DNA of 64,000 nt from Octopus vulgaris (Eukaryota), in the NCBI GenBank assembly GCA_951406725.2, contig OX597838.1, positions 7,006,001 to 7,070,000 on the forward strand, written 5' to 3'. The notes below the pieces were generated by a model. It made no database searches. It saw only the letters and a program-made list of their open reading frames with translations, and was not told the DNA's origin. Below are positions 40,425 through 55,487 of this stretch, in pieces (position 1 is the first letter of the stretch; each line of letters begins with the position of its first letter). The position numbers were made by a program, and so were the translations under genes.

Positions 40425-40670
40425 AGTCGTTCTCATTTAGTGCCTTCTTACTTAACACACTCACCGTTTCAGTTTCCACTAATTTATTTATTTAAGTTTT
40501 CTAAAATTGCTGTTGCGTCTTACAACCTTTTCAGGAGTCGTTGACTTTCTCTCAATAGTCAACGACTATTCATAATGTTGTAAGACGCAATTTAAAGTTT
40601 AGAATAAATAAATGAGTAGAAATCAAACCGGTGCGTGTGTTAAGTCATAAGGCACTAAACGAGAATGACT
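40425..40670. repeat. Long imperfect fold-back with arms of about 120 bp
   Basis: Centre agtcgttgact-N10-agtcaacgact (40536-40567); outer blocks ttgcgtcttacaac/gttgtaagacgcaa, cttaacacac/gtgtgttaag and tttagtgcctt/aaggcactaaa. Confidence 0.88.
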
Positions 40671-41239
40671 CTCCGCAGGCACTCTAAATGTGTTCGTTTC
40701 GAAACGCAACTTCTTGTAGTTCATATGCAGTACGACATGAGATAGGAATAGAATGTGAAATGACCGTTCTCCGAAAGAGAGAAATACATAAAACTACATA
40801 TCTACAATAATAGCCACCCTGTTATTATCCCTTACATCAAAGTGATGCCGAACAAATTAATCTCTAAAATTAGGAGCAGTAAACGTTTTCGTAGATCAAC
40901 TTTAAAGTATTTACTTAAATTCATTGTTTATTTACCGCCATCAAACCGCCATGTTGCTTGACATTTTCGTTGACCTTCAAGCAGTCATTGCCATTCTGTT
41001 CTGAATAATAACTAAATACAGATCTGAATAACAATGAAATATTGGTGTATTGCGACTAAAAGGAACATAGCAATATGAAAACAGTTTTTAGATATCTACA
41101 CACGCTAATACTTGTTCAAACACATATTTTCACCTATGTTTCTCTGTGTATATGTGTACATATGTACATACAAACACTCGTACACAAATATATATCTGAA
41201 TGATATTTTTACGGATATATTTGTATATGTACATATTTA

Positions 41240-41267
41240 TACGCATATATATATGTATGTATGTATA

Positions 41268-41324
<57 letters not shown>

Positions 41325-41373
41325 ATATATATATATATATATAGATATATATATATGTATATATATATATATG

Positions 41374-41420
<47 letters not shown>
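41240..41420. repeat. (TA)n/(TATG)n microsatellite
   Basis: Direct repeats. Confidence 0.96.
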
Positions 41421-41422
<2 letters not shown>

Positions 41423-42339
41423 CACGTATATATTATATATGAATATATCCGTAAAATGTCATTTACAAATATCCATATATATATGTGGGTGTGTGTGTGT
41501 ATGTATGTTTGTATGTTTGTAAATATATATACATATGCGTGTGTGTGTGTGTGTGTATTATATGTCTACGTACATATAAATATATGTAGAGAGACCGATT
41601 CGACATATATATATATATGTATGTAGGAGTGTGTGAGCGTGTGTGTGTGTGTGTGTCTGTGTGTCTGTGTGTATATACCCTAATTTACATGCATATCGTT
41701 ATCGGTAAACCGAATTAGCAGGATTTGTGTCCAGGTAAGCATCTAGCTCCATGCCAAATGTTAATTACTTTCTGCTGAACGAGATAAAGTATCTTCCACC
41801 TGGAAAACAGCCAAGAAATAGAAGGGAAGAAAGCAACGAAAATGTCAAACCGACCCAAACATGGCAAGGAAATTTATATTTCAAACATCGAAAAAATACA
41901 AAATTGATAACATACAATGGCAGTAAAAACAAACAAATACCTAACATAGCGGTCCATAACAAAACCGCTAAATTAAAAATGTCTTCTTATCGTAATATAA
42001 GGGGTCTACTGTTACATCCGCTGTGTTGTATTATATGCACTTTTGTTGCTTATATATGATGCTTATTTTGATAAGAAAGGACAGATATTATACCAATTAT
42101 CGCGGTACGTATAAGGACAGATAAAATACTGCGTCTGTAATAAAATACCAATAAACAATACCATGCTTCTGTTATTGCTATTTTTCTTATGTTCATGCTG
42201 GTAGTTGTTAAGACGTTAGAACGGTGGTAAATTCGATACCGCTTGCCGCATTACAGAGAACACACATTAAGCGATCTAAGAATCTAACACATACCATCGA
42301 ATAATAGCCTGATTCTTCCAGTCATTTCATCATGTTGAA

Positions 42340-42530
42340 CCGTTTTTCCCTCCACATTTTGCATCCTCTACATTTTTCTTTTCGTTCTCTTTCCGTTTAT
42401 TTTTCCTCGCAATGCTTTCTGACGAAAAGCGTGTGCTCGAAATGTTAAAAACGTCTCTATTGTCTTCGACCGTCAAACTAATACACCTGCTGATTGTTTC
42501 CCTCACCTGTCTTCATCTTTTATTTTCTTT
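42340..42530 (+). mobile_element. Older hammerhead-bearing element related to family H, with canonical core
   Basis: ttt CTGACGA A AAGC gtgt GCTC GAAA TG TT aaa at 42416-42449, then the shared tail aactaatacacctgc...cacctgtcttcatc. Confidence 0.7.
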
Positions 42531-42658
42531 CTCTCTCTTCCCTCCTCTCCCTATTGCTCTCTCTCCCTCTCTCCCTCTCCCCCTTTTCTCTCTCCCCCTC
42601 TCTAAATATATATACGTGCGCGTGTGTGTGTATGACTGTGTGTGCGTGTGTGTGTATA

Positions 42659-42691
<33 letters not shown>

Positions 42692-42693
<2 letters not shown>

Positions 42694-42908
42694 CTTTACT
42701 ACCCACAAGGGGCTAAACGCAGATGGGACAAACGAGGACAGACAAACGGATTAAGTCGATTACATCGACCCCAGTGCGTAACTGGTACTTAATTTATCGA
42801 CCCCGAAAGGATGAAAGGCAAAGTCGACCTCGGCGGAATTTGAACCCAGAACGTAACGGCAGACGAAATACGGCTACGCATTTCGCCCGGCGTGCCAACG
42901 TTTCTGCC
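42692..42908 (-). mobile_element. SINE family B monomer
   Basis: Near-consensus copy from ttctttactacccacaagggg to gccaacgtttctgcc. Confidence 0.95.
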
Positions 42909-43027
42909 ATCATATATGTATCTGCGTGTCAATTTATATTTATTAATGATCGGCATATGCTCGGGAGTGACTCAATGTCCGAGAATTTCGTTCATTTTCA
43001 CTAATCAGACACACACACACACACACA

Positions 43028-43058
<31 letters not shown>

Positions 43059-43470
43059 CATATGTTTCTGTATATTAAAATTATACGAACACATACATAC
43101 TTATTAATGTAAGCATTACACATATGTTCATACGACCCATTTTATATTGGAAATAACTCCCATACAATCAACTGCAATACGCATCACTCCGCATGTATTT
43201 ACATCTCACGGCCACCATTTTAAAAACCGGTCACAATAAACAGTTATTAAATCTTGTCTTTTAACATTGCCCACTATACAAGTGTAAATACGTTCCTTAC
43301 AGCGATCTCTTTGACTGGTTAGAAATCGCAAATTATTAACGTCTAATGGAGAACGACTCACATGCTCTTTTAGCTGTCATGCAGGAGAGCGTACACTCTG
43401 TATTTAGTGTCAATTTTTTTTTGCAATAAAATTAAAGGGTATTTCTCAATTGTCAGTTAGATAGTTTGCC

Positions 43471-43569
<99 letters not shown>

Positions 43570-43703
43570 GCAAATAGCAACCTTTATAAGGTCACTTTCC
43601 ACATCCTACAATTCCGGTTCTCTTTTATCTTTCTTTCCTTTTTACTTCCTCTCATACTCGCTCTGCTCCGACTCCATCACTGTTTCCCTATTTCTCTCTA
43701 ACT

Positions 43704-44040
<337 letters not shown>

Positions 44041-44249
44041 ACTGGTAGATATAGCAGCAACAGTAGAATTAGTTGTAGCGGTAGTTGTAACAGTGGTGGT
44101 GGTGATGGTAGTAGTATATATATACATATGTATATATATATATGTAGAAACTGTACTGTTTATCTTTTTTTATTATTTTTATAATTTGTATACATTCATT
44201 TTATAAATGTAAAACAACGCAACTGAGGAATCTTCGTAAGCTTAAGTAG

Positions 44250-44307
44250 TAAACCGCGATAAGTGAACTTCGATTGGTGAACCGCGATATGGCGGGGGAT
44301 TACTGTA
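44250..44307. mobile_element. Solo pogo/Tigger-like terminal inverted repeat
   Basis: Reverse complement reads TA|CAGTAATCCCCCGCCATATCGCGGTT with a subterminal repeat aaccgcgata (x2); no partner TIR found. Confidence 0.5.
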
Positions 44308-44507
44308 TTCTGCAAAGAATCGTAAAAACAATGCTTGACAGCTTAGGAGAATTGATGTCAACAAACCTCCAGATAAATTACCTGCTAATTAAATTAGCAT
44401 AGTCTAGCTTAATAACAACAATATAAAAAATGACAGCAGAAACGATAATTATTGTTATTATAATAGAAATGATAATTATTATTAATACTAAACAAATAAT
44501 TAGCGCA

Positions 44508-45105
44508 GCAAGCTGGCAGAAACGTTAGCACGCCGGTGAAATGCTTAGCGGTATTTCGTCTGCGTTACGTTGTGAGTTCAAATTCCGCCGAGATCGGCTT
44601 TGCCTTTCATCCTTTCGGGGTCGATAAATTAAGTACCAGTTACGCACTGGGGTCGATGTAATCGACTAAATACCTATGTCTGTCCTTGTGTGTCCCCTCT
44701 GTGTTTAGCCCCTTGTGGGTAATAAATAAATAGGTATTTCGTCTGCCGTTTCGTTCAGAGTTCAAATTCTGCCGAGGTTGACTTAGCCTTTTATCCTTTT
44801 CGGGTCGATAAATTAAGTACCAGTTACGCACTGGGGTCGATATAATCGACTTAATCCGTTTGTCTGTCCTCGTTTGTCCTCATTGTGTTTAGCCCCTTGA
44901 GGGTAGTAAATAAATAGGTATTTCGTCTGCCGCTCTGTTCTGAGTTCAAATTCCGCCGAGGTCGACTTTCTCTTTCATCCTTTCGGAGTCGATGAAATAA
45001 GTACCAGTTACGCACTGGGGTCGATGTAATCGACTTAATCACTTTGTCTGTCTATCACCTCTATGTTTAGCCCCCCCCCCCTTGTGGGCATTAAAGAAAC
45101 AAATA
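44508..45105 (+). mobile_element. SINE family B head-to-tail trimer
   Basis: ggtatttcgtctgc restarts at 44550, 44733 and 44917 (period 183-184 bp). Confidence 0.95.
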
Positions 45106-45119
45106 TTAAGATATAATAA

Positions 45120-45402
45120 TAATTTCAAATTTTGCCACAAGGGCAGCAATTTTGGTGGACGTGAATGAGTCGATTACATCGTCCCCAGTGTTCAAATGGT
45201 ACTTATTTTATCGACGCCGAAAAGATAAATTGTAAAGGTCACCTTGGTAGAAATGATAATAATAACAATCCATCCTACTATAGGCGCAATGCCTGAAATT
45301 TGCGGGGAGTGGGGCCAGTCGAGTGGTTCGACCCAATATGGAACTGGTACTTAATTTATCGACCCCGAAATGATGAATGGTAAAGTGGACATCAGCGGAA
45401 AT
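45120..45402 (-). mobile_element. Two SINE family B 3' fragments (alternative ccttgtg..aaaatttgaaa tail)
   Basis: tggtacttatttt..atcgac..cgaaa..atgaa blocks at about 45200 and 45350. Confidence 0.8.
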
Positions 45403-45439
45403 TATGATATAATAATGGTGTCCCTATTATCATGACGAA

Positions 45440-45900
<461 letters not shown>

Positions 45901-46173
45901 ACAAGTGCAATGGAAGGAGTGGAAAAATATCTGAAAAAAATGAGCGCAAGACATAAAAATGAAGGCGCCATTTAAGTGAGGTTTTTTCTTTTTTATATAT
46001 TTTCACTTATTTTTTTCTTTTTCTTCGTCTCCCCCCTCCCCTCTCCGAAAAAAAACAACATTTCAGACTTAATGTTATTCATTGAAAATTAATTCTACAG
46101 TGTACGATGGATATATAATAGAATTATATATTTAGAGACATCAGTGAGGTTCTGAATATATATTTATGTATGT

Positions 46174-46229
<56 letters not shown>

Positions 46230-46768
46230 ATGTGTGTCTGTGTGTGACTGTGCATCTCTCTAAGTACGTGTGTCTGTGTATATTTATAATGGATGTATGC
46301 ATATACTACATCTACCAAATATGCGCCGCACGTTAAGGGAAAATCGACCGAAATGAGAAAAAAGCCTCTATGTGCATATACATACATACACACACACACA
46401 TATACACATATATATATATATATATATATATACACATTCTTAGACGGTATTATCAATATCTTTAAACGCACTTCGAGAATCCCGAAATTTGTTTTCATTT
46501 TCTCTCAAAGGTTTCTATAATTCATCAATAACAGAAAATTCTTAGTAGCAAGTATGAAATGGATAGAGGAAGGACTGCTTGGCTTCATTGCCAGAACGTC
46601 TGAAATTGCTACCAAGCATTTGGGTTCGAATCTGACAGAGAGCGTCCATAGTTCTCTGACGAAAAAGGTTTTCTTACTCCATATTTAATTCTGTTAACTT
46701 TCATTTTACGAGCGATCAAAAAGGAAATATTTCACTTTCGAAGAAAGTTTTTAAGAGACTCATATAAA

Positions 46769-46925
46769 GGTGTGGCTGTGTGGCAAGAAGCTTGCTTCCC
46801 AAGCACATGAATCCAGGTTCAGTCTCAGTGCATGGCATCTTGGGCAAGTGTCCTCTACCAGAGCCTCGGGCCAACTAAAGTTTGAGAGTAGATGTGGTAG
46901 ACGGAAAATGGAAGATGATCGTCGT

Positions 46926-46987
<62 letters not shown>

Positions 46988-47235
46988 ATGTATGTGTGTG
47001 TGTGTGTGTGTGATTCTATGAGAGTGAGACTTTGTGTCTGTGATTGTCAATCCTCATTGGTTGGCAAACGTTGATGGTATGTTTACGTCCCCGTTATCTA
47101 GCGGTTCGGCAAAAGAACCGAAATAAATAGTGCCAGGCAGATAAAGAATTAGTCCTCGGGTCGATTTCTTTACCAAGAGGCGGGGCTCCAGCATGGCCCC
47201 GTTCAAATGACTAAAGCAATTAAAAGAATAAAAGA
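46769..47235 (+). mobile_element. SINE family A, full length and diverged, with expanded internal (TA)n(TG)n
   Basis: gtggctgtgtggcaagaagcttgc head to ctccagcatggcc...aaatgactaaagcaa tail. Confidence 0.9.
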
Positions 47236-47293
<58 letters not shown>

Positions 47294-49096
47294 CTTTATT
47301 TATATATATATACAAATATATATTTATATTTATATATATATGTATATGTATATATATGTATTTATATATACATGCTTTTATATGTACATGTATATATGCC
47401 TATATATGTATGTGAATATTTATAATACATTCAAATTACTATTATATGTAAACATATCTGTATACGAATGGGTGTGTAAATGTATGCATAGTTTAGTGTG
47501 TGTATAACAGTTACAGATATATGCAGATATTTCTATTATATCTTACATGTTTTCGATAAACGCACACACACACACACACTTTCACACACATACACACATA
47601 TCACGTTTCGTTATTCTCTGCTCACATGCACAAGTACGTTTTTATTATTAGTATTATTTTTACATCGGAATTTCAAGTTGATGTTGTTGTGATGTTGGTG
47701 TGGTGGTGGTGCTGGTGGTGGTGGTTGTGGTTGTGGTTGTGGTTGTGGTGGCGGCGGTTGTGGTTTTTTGCTGTTGCATTTGTTGTTGTTGTTGTTGATG
47801 ATGATTTTTACGATCGCCAATTTTCCTCCACGAAATTAATATTTTCGCTGAAATGAGTCAGAAACTTTATTAAATTAATAGACAATTTTTAATTAAAGTA
47901 ATTTACAAAGTAAATATGGTTTCTTCTGCAAGTTTAATTCTTTTCCGTCTGGCACATGATATTACGAATCTTAAAAATCTTCTCTGTTATATCTGAATTT
48001 TAGTTCCAAACTAAAGAAATAATTCAAAAACTGGGGACACTACATTAATTATATCCCCATACACACAAAGAAACCACCGTGCACTACATTATTTGATTAT
48101 GGTTTTGCCTTCAATAAAAGCACAATAAACTCACTACACGTGCAGATATAAATTTTCTTTTGTAACCATTGCGTTTCCCCTGACATAGGTTCTGTTTGCC
48201 GTATAATTTGTTAATGGTTGTTGGTTAAGACGCTATCTCCAGAGATAGTGTTTGCAAAAAAAAAAAATCATGATTTTATATGAATTGACATTTGGCTTGA
48301 CGTGTAGATATATGTAATACATACATGGATACACACACACACATGTACATACAAACACATACTGAAATTATCATTTACCACATTGTATATGAATGAGGAA
48401 TTGTCGGCTATGATCGTATTGTGGACAGAGTTATAATAGAAAATACTTTAGATGTTCAATGCCTACAAAAACTAACACTACACTATGATACAAGCACGTG
48501 CATTTAGAAATATACAAGCTTTTATGTGGTTATTCGAACGACTAAACATAATTGCCAAACCGCTACAAATCAGTTGTACCACCACATATTAACATGGAAA
48601 AGGCAAACTTTAATATAAATATTGTTTATAGAAATGTCATCTATGTAAATTTAAATATTATTCAAGATATATGCTGCAATTGCAGAATATAAAATACAGT
48701 ATTAATACAATATACGTTTTTAGTTTAAACATAAAAGATTATTTATTAAACTTTCTGTAAGCAAGACAAACTAAGTTTCAGACATTTTGTACAATTATTA
48801 TTTTTGCAACGAAAATACAGGTAATATTAATAACTTTCTAATTCTTTCCCAGACGCTTTGTATTAAAACCGAATATATTTTATATTAAAGGTCGTATTGT
48901 ATGAGAACAAACAATTGAAATATAACAAAAATTTCAATATTGTCGTCAGCAAAGCGGCGGGTATCGAAATAGAAACTGAAATTACATAATATGTACACAT
49001 ACGAACTATATATATATATACACATAGATACTTGCATATATATATATATATATATACATACAATCATATGTACTTATATACGTATATTTATTTATA

Positions 49097-49147
<51 letters not shown>

Positions 49148-49350
49148 TTATTTTCATATCTCTTCTAGCGAACATTAATTGCTTCTCTCCCTCATTTACA
49201 CCTGCTGACCGGCAACAAACCTTCTCAGATTCTTCTCTCGAAGAAAGTCAGCGTTGGTTGAAGAAGCTTCCATCTCATATCCGTATTCAATTACATATAT
49301 AAACGCACCGACACAGAAACACAAACACACACACACATATATATATATAT

Positions 49351-49390
<40 letters not shown>

Positions 49391-49559
49391 TGAGTGTGTA
49401 TTTATCTACATTAGGTTTTTATCCGGCGACAGCGTTTTGTATGCACGTCTAAGATTCGCAAAATATTCCATATAAAAATGCAGATAACAGTACAACGAAG
49501 ATATCCCGGCACCATATATACTTATAAACATGCTTACATAATGTGCATATGTAAGTACA

Positions 49560-49573
49560 TATATCTATCTATG

Positions 49574-49623
<50 letters not shown>

Positions 49624-49624
49624 A

Positions 49625-49655
<31 letters not shown>

Positions 49656-49755
49656 TATGTATGTATATGTATGTATATATATATGTATGTATATGTATAT
49701 ATATATATATGTATATATATATATACATATATATACATATATATATATATATATG
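49560..49755. repeat. (TATC)n/(TA)n microsatellite
   Basis: Direct repeats. Confidence 0.96.
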
Positions 49756-50413
49756 ACAGTGCGTGTATACCCGTTTATACATATATATATGTTTGTTTGT
49801 ATGTGTGTGTGCAGATATATGAATATAGGTTTTAGTGTGTGTTTTTGTATGAGTATGTATTCTTGTGTGGCTGTCTGTATGTATGTGTACTCACACGTAT
49901 GTTACTCAGTTTTCTGATAAAGACTTTCTTTTTTATACATCTACATAGATACACATTTTTCTCTGTATGAACAAGCCAAACCCACATCCATCTAGAATCA
50001 CGTGCAAATAGCGATTCACACTCGCGCAACCATACACATACAAACAAAAAGGAAAAAAAAAAACCCTCAAAAAGAAAAATATATACCTGATTTCTAGAAT
50101 TCTTGGAGTTGACCAGACAATTCCAAGATATATGCAATATAGCACAAATTGTATCTCTGTGAATCAATATTTAATATATAGCATTTGGTGAGTACAATTT
50201 TTCGAAACCAATGGCGAGGAAAAATATAGTTTTGCGATTTTGCTAATATTATAATATTTGTGTTCGATCGTCGTTTGATAAACAGCTGCTCGCAAGATTT
50301 CGCGCCATCAAACACAAGTTTCTTGTATTCTTTCGCTTTTATCACCCTCCGATATTTCTGTTTCTTTGAGATCTCCATAGAATGTCTGTCTTAACAAATG
50401 TCTCTTTCTTTCA

Positions 50414-50465
<52 letters not shown>

Positions 50466-51254
50466 TTGTTTTCTTTTTGACTATATTCGTGTGTGTATGC
50501 ATGTGTGAGTGAGTGAGTGTGTGTGCGTATTATTCATACTCACATATATATGAAGGTATATTTAAATACGTATACATGTGTGCACATGTATGTATTTATA
50601 CACACACACACATATGTACATACCTGTGTATGCGTGCGTGCGTGTGTGTGTGCGTATGTGTGTGTGTCTACACATATCTTCTAATTTCATTTCCACTTTC
50701 ATCTATGGAAGCCGGCACTCATTTTGTAGCTCATTCTTTTTTCCTTTTTTGTGATAGGAAACTACAATCTAAAATATGCCTCGTTGGCTTCGTTGATTAA
50801 TTTTTCATATATTAATTGCTTTATCATTCGTATTGATTCAAGGGGTATCAAAGTACAAATCTATCTTACATGAATAGTAAAAACTAAAGTCAATAAAACC
50901 TATATGTTCCCCTCATCTAGGCGGTATGCTGAAATGAAAGAGCTGGTTTGCTCTATTTCTTTCTATGTACTATGTTTTTGTATTGTTATCGAATGAAGAT
51001 TCAGCGAAAATTGATTACCTATCTGTTCCAACATTACCTAGACAACGAGTACACTTCTTTGCTATCCTTTAAGATGATAAGAAATTGCACGCCGCCGAAA
51101 ATTCTCTCAATAAAAACGCTACTTTCTTTAATATGTTCAACACTTAGGACGGAGAAATATGTTATAAGTTCCATAAATCCACACTCACGGCGGACAGATA
51201 GGCTTAAAACGGATACCTAGTTACATATATACCTTGTATGTATATTACATAGGA

Positions 51255-51641
51255 GTGGAGGGGCAATGGCCCAGTGGTTAGGGCAGCGGACTCGCAGTCG
51301 TAGGATCGCGGTTTCGATTCCCAGACCGGGCGTTGTGAGTGTTTATTGAGCGAAAACACCTAAAGCTCCACGAGGCTCCGGCAGGGGATAGTGGTGATCC
51401 CTGCTGTACTCTTTCACCACAACTTTCTCTCACTCTTACTTCCTGTTTCTGTTGTACCTGTATTTCAAAGGGCCGGCCTTGTCACTCTCTGTGTCACGCT
51501 GAATATCCCCGAGAACTACGTTAAGGGTACACGTGTCTGTGGAGTGCTCAGCCACTTACACGTTAATTTCACGAGCAGGCTGTTCCGTTGACCGGATCAA
51601 TCGGAACCCTCGTCGTCGTAACCGACGGAGTGCTTCCCCCC
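51255..51641 (+). mobile_element. SINE family C, full length with 10-bp target-site duplication
   Basis: tRNA-like head (A box tggcccagtgg, B box gtttcgattcc) and about 220-nt unique tail; TTACATAGGA at 51245-51254 and 51642-51651. Confidence 0.95.
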
Positions 51642-52092
51642 TTACATAGGATAAGCTTTGTTAAATCGCCAAATTTGGGTTAAGGTTTCGAATATCCTGG
51701 TGGTTCAGTATCGGGAGGTGTTTGTGTTGTAATAATTTTTCAACACGTTTTGCTGTGATACATGGAGAAAAAAAGGAATCTGTAAACTTTTATCTAGTCG
51801 AGATTTAATTGTATCTGTCATTATTCGAAACGATGACCCGTTTATATTTCTTACGGTTCGTTGTCGTACAAGCAGTTCATTGAGGTGCGAGAGTACCTTA
51901 TTAATTTGAGTATATTAGCGCCTCGGGGTACTCTTTTCTTATCTGCTACCAAGCACTATGGAAGCTTAGGGTATTAATGGGGAATATAGCAGTGATAAAT
52001 AGTAATTTGTTTTTATAATTACGTTTCTGGAAAAATCTTCATAGGTGTCTTTCATTATCACAATGGAGAGAATGTTTATCGTGCTCTTCCAA

Positions 52093-52330
52093 GCGAGCTA
52101 GCAGAAACATTAGCACGCCGGGGGAAATGCTTAGGGGTATTTCGTCTGCCATTACGTTCTGAGTTCAAGTTCCGCCGAGTTCTACTTTGCCTTTTATCCT
52201 TTCGGGGTCGATAAATTAAGTACCAGTTACACACTGGGGTCGATATAATCGACTTAATCCGTTTGTCTGTCCTTGTTTGTCCTCTCTGTATTTAGCCCCT
52301 CGTGGGTAGTAAATAAATTGGTATTTCGAC
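52093..52330 (+). mobile_element. SINE family B monomer plus the start of a second unit
   Basis: Consensus-like copy ending taaataaatt-ggtatttcg. Confidence 0.93.
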
Positions 52331-52488
52331 TCCTTGTATTTGACCCTCTAACCAGCGGTCGCAAAGGAATTTTTGAACAGCTCAAAGTCGATACCACTTA
52401 TATTGAGATTATTTACCACAGCTATAATATATCGATAAGTAATCGATACCCAACCGGAGAAAAAAAAAAGACCAAACTAACGACTCAT

Positions 52489-52710
52489 TTGTTTCAGTAA
52501 TTTGAGAGTGGCCATGTTGGTGCAACGCCTATATTCGAAGAAATCGACTCCAGGACATATTCTTTGTAGGTCTAGTACTTATTCAATCGGTTCCCTTTCT
52601 CGAAGCGCTATGTAACGGCGACGTAATCAAACTGACACCGCTGTGGTCGAACGATGGTGGGGGACAAACACAGATACACAAGCTTATATATATATGTATA
52701 TATATATATG

Positions 52711-52793
<83 letters not shown>

Positions 52794-52915
52794 GACGGGC
52801 GTCTTTCAGGATTTAGTTAGCCCGAGGCTATAGCAGAAGACACTTGCCCAACGCACCACACAGTGTGAGTAAATCCAGAACCATGTTGTTGGTACAAACT
52901 TCTTACCACACAGCC

Positions 52916-52920
<5 letters not shown>
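52489..52920 (-). mobile_element. SINE family A with expanded internal (TA)n
   Basis: Tail tttgtttcagt...ggccatgttggtgca; head agaagacacttgccc...cttaccacacagccactc. Confidence 0.88.
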
Positions 52921-52969
<49 letters not shown>

Positions 52970-53369
52970 TAAGAATATTACACGGTTAATCTGACCGTGA
53001 CCAACAAATGTCTCGTATTTGCATTGAATAACCATGAATCATTTTGCCCCATCAGATTAGGAACTCTTGAAAAAACATTATATAACTGTTTCAAAAATAC
53101 GAATATAACACCTACACCCAATCGTAAAACGGAGGATTACCCTAAACTTCAAATGGAAACCTCAAGCTAAGCTTCTTTTAGAAATATTTTTGCAGTGATG
53201 CTATTTCTGTGTATACAAAAGAAAGATGGTTGAATATCAATGTAGGGAAATAAAATATATGGTATTTATTGATTTATATGGTTTTCGTACTTAACGAAGC
53301 AATAGAGTGTACGTAATACGGTTAAATATATAGTGTGTTCCTGTATATACCTATGTGTATGTAATATAT

Positions 53370-53805
<436 letters not shown>

Positions 53806-54383
53806 AGTTACATATATACATACAAATTTATACACATATCCATACATACATATATTTATGTGTGTATGCAGTCATGAATTAATGTATGCATATTTGCATG
53901 TGTTTAATAGATGCGAAATACATTCGTTTGAAGAGTTCAGCTTAGGAGAGTATATCACAGAATAGATTTTTGCATAATACATAAAGCAAATCTGAGAGTC
54001 GGAAAATGGTTTTAGAGAATTGAAAAATACGTAGTATTTTGGAGAATGCATTCGCTTGTCTTGCCTATATGTCAAAATTCTTTCCTTCGTACACAGACCA
54101 CGGAGAAGCCAATTTATCGAAGGAGGTTTCGACATTGCAGATGGACATCTGGTGATTGACAGGCGCCATTTTGATAGATTTCTACAAGTAGAATATTGCG
54201 CAATTCGTGAGGTTAGAAATAACAAATCATAGGAACGGGACGGATATTGAGTGTTATAAGATTTCTCATTTGTCGAATTCGAAATACCATAAACATTTCA
54301 TTCAGGTCGTGAATTTGAGTCTAAAATATTGGTTTGCAGCACGCAGCACAACGACAATCGTGTTTTCAGTGCATGATAGTTTG

Positions 54384-54417
<34 letters not shown>

Positions 54418-54720
54418 GCTGATGGGAATCCCTGATTTGCATAACAGTGTATTTCTTGCAGATAGACCAATTATTCACGTCTAAAAAAATTTAGCATTGT
54501 AAAAGCAAGACTACGATTTCATTATCGTACAAGTTCCAGCTCTAAACGAAATTCTTACTTTCTTTCGTAATTTCATTTACAATTGAAAATCCAAACTCAT
54601 AAGCACACGAAAATCGATCTGTATATCTATTTATCTATCTATGTATCCACTCATTCATCTATCTATATCTCTGCTTAGCTATCTGTCTACTTGTCTGTTT
54701 CTCTCTGTCTGTCTGTCTGC

Positions 54721-54792
<72 letters not shown>

Positions 54793-54893
54793 GAGAGTTA
54801 GATCGATAGAAAGATAGATAGATACATGGATGAATAGATAGATAGATAGATAGACTAACGAAATGTATATTGAACAAAATTCTGAAGAAATTT

Positions 54894-54937
<44 letters not shown>

Positions 54938-55487
54938 GCTGCTACTGCTGCTGCTGCTGCTGCTACCCTTAGTGCCCTTTCTGCAACTGTTGCAGTAACG
55001 ACACGGCCAACAAAAACGTTAGTACTTACTGCCTAAAAACCACACAAAAAAAAATACGATGAAGAATTTTGACGAGAAATAATCTTATTTGAATGAATGC
55101 TATAATAATTTATTCATTAAATCCTGTTAGATTTTAAATAGGATGATAAAAACAAACTAATAGGAAATAAACAAAAAAAAAAATATTAAAAGAATTAAAA
55201 TAACCAAACAATAGATTTCAGGAAAAAAAAATAAAAACAACGATAACGGAAATCGAGAAAACGTCGAGAGAAAAATTAGAACAATGAAACGAAAAACCAA
55301 AACCCAAAACAAAAACTTGACTGCAAATATGGCAGACGACTACAACGCCGATAGAATAAAAAGTAGGTTATGAGGCAAGTGAACTTTAGATAAATGATTA
55401 GGTTAGTTCAAATTTAAGATTGTAGAGATGGGAATACGATCTGAATGAGACCAGACCAGTTACATTTCGAAAGTGTATTCTGTTTAT

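Noticed and set aside
44550-45105. Regularly spaced repeats resembling a CRISPR array
   Set aside because: The whole 184-bp unit repeats with no unique spacers; eukaryotic SINE context and no cas genes.
51260-51332. tRNA gene (Arg-like head)
   Set aside because: A and B boxes are present but there is no complete cloverleaf; it continues into a SINE body with TSD and has copies at 39507 and 40113.
51828-51872. Hairpin containing ttcgttgtcgt (miR-981-like 5' end)
   Set aside because: Only about 11 nt match and the stem is about 12 bp, too short for a pre-miRNA.
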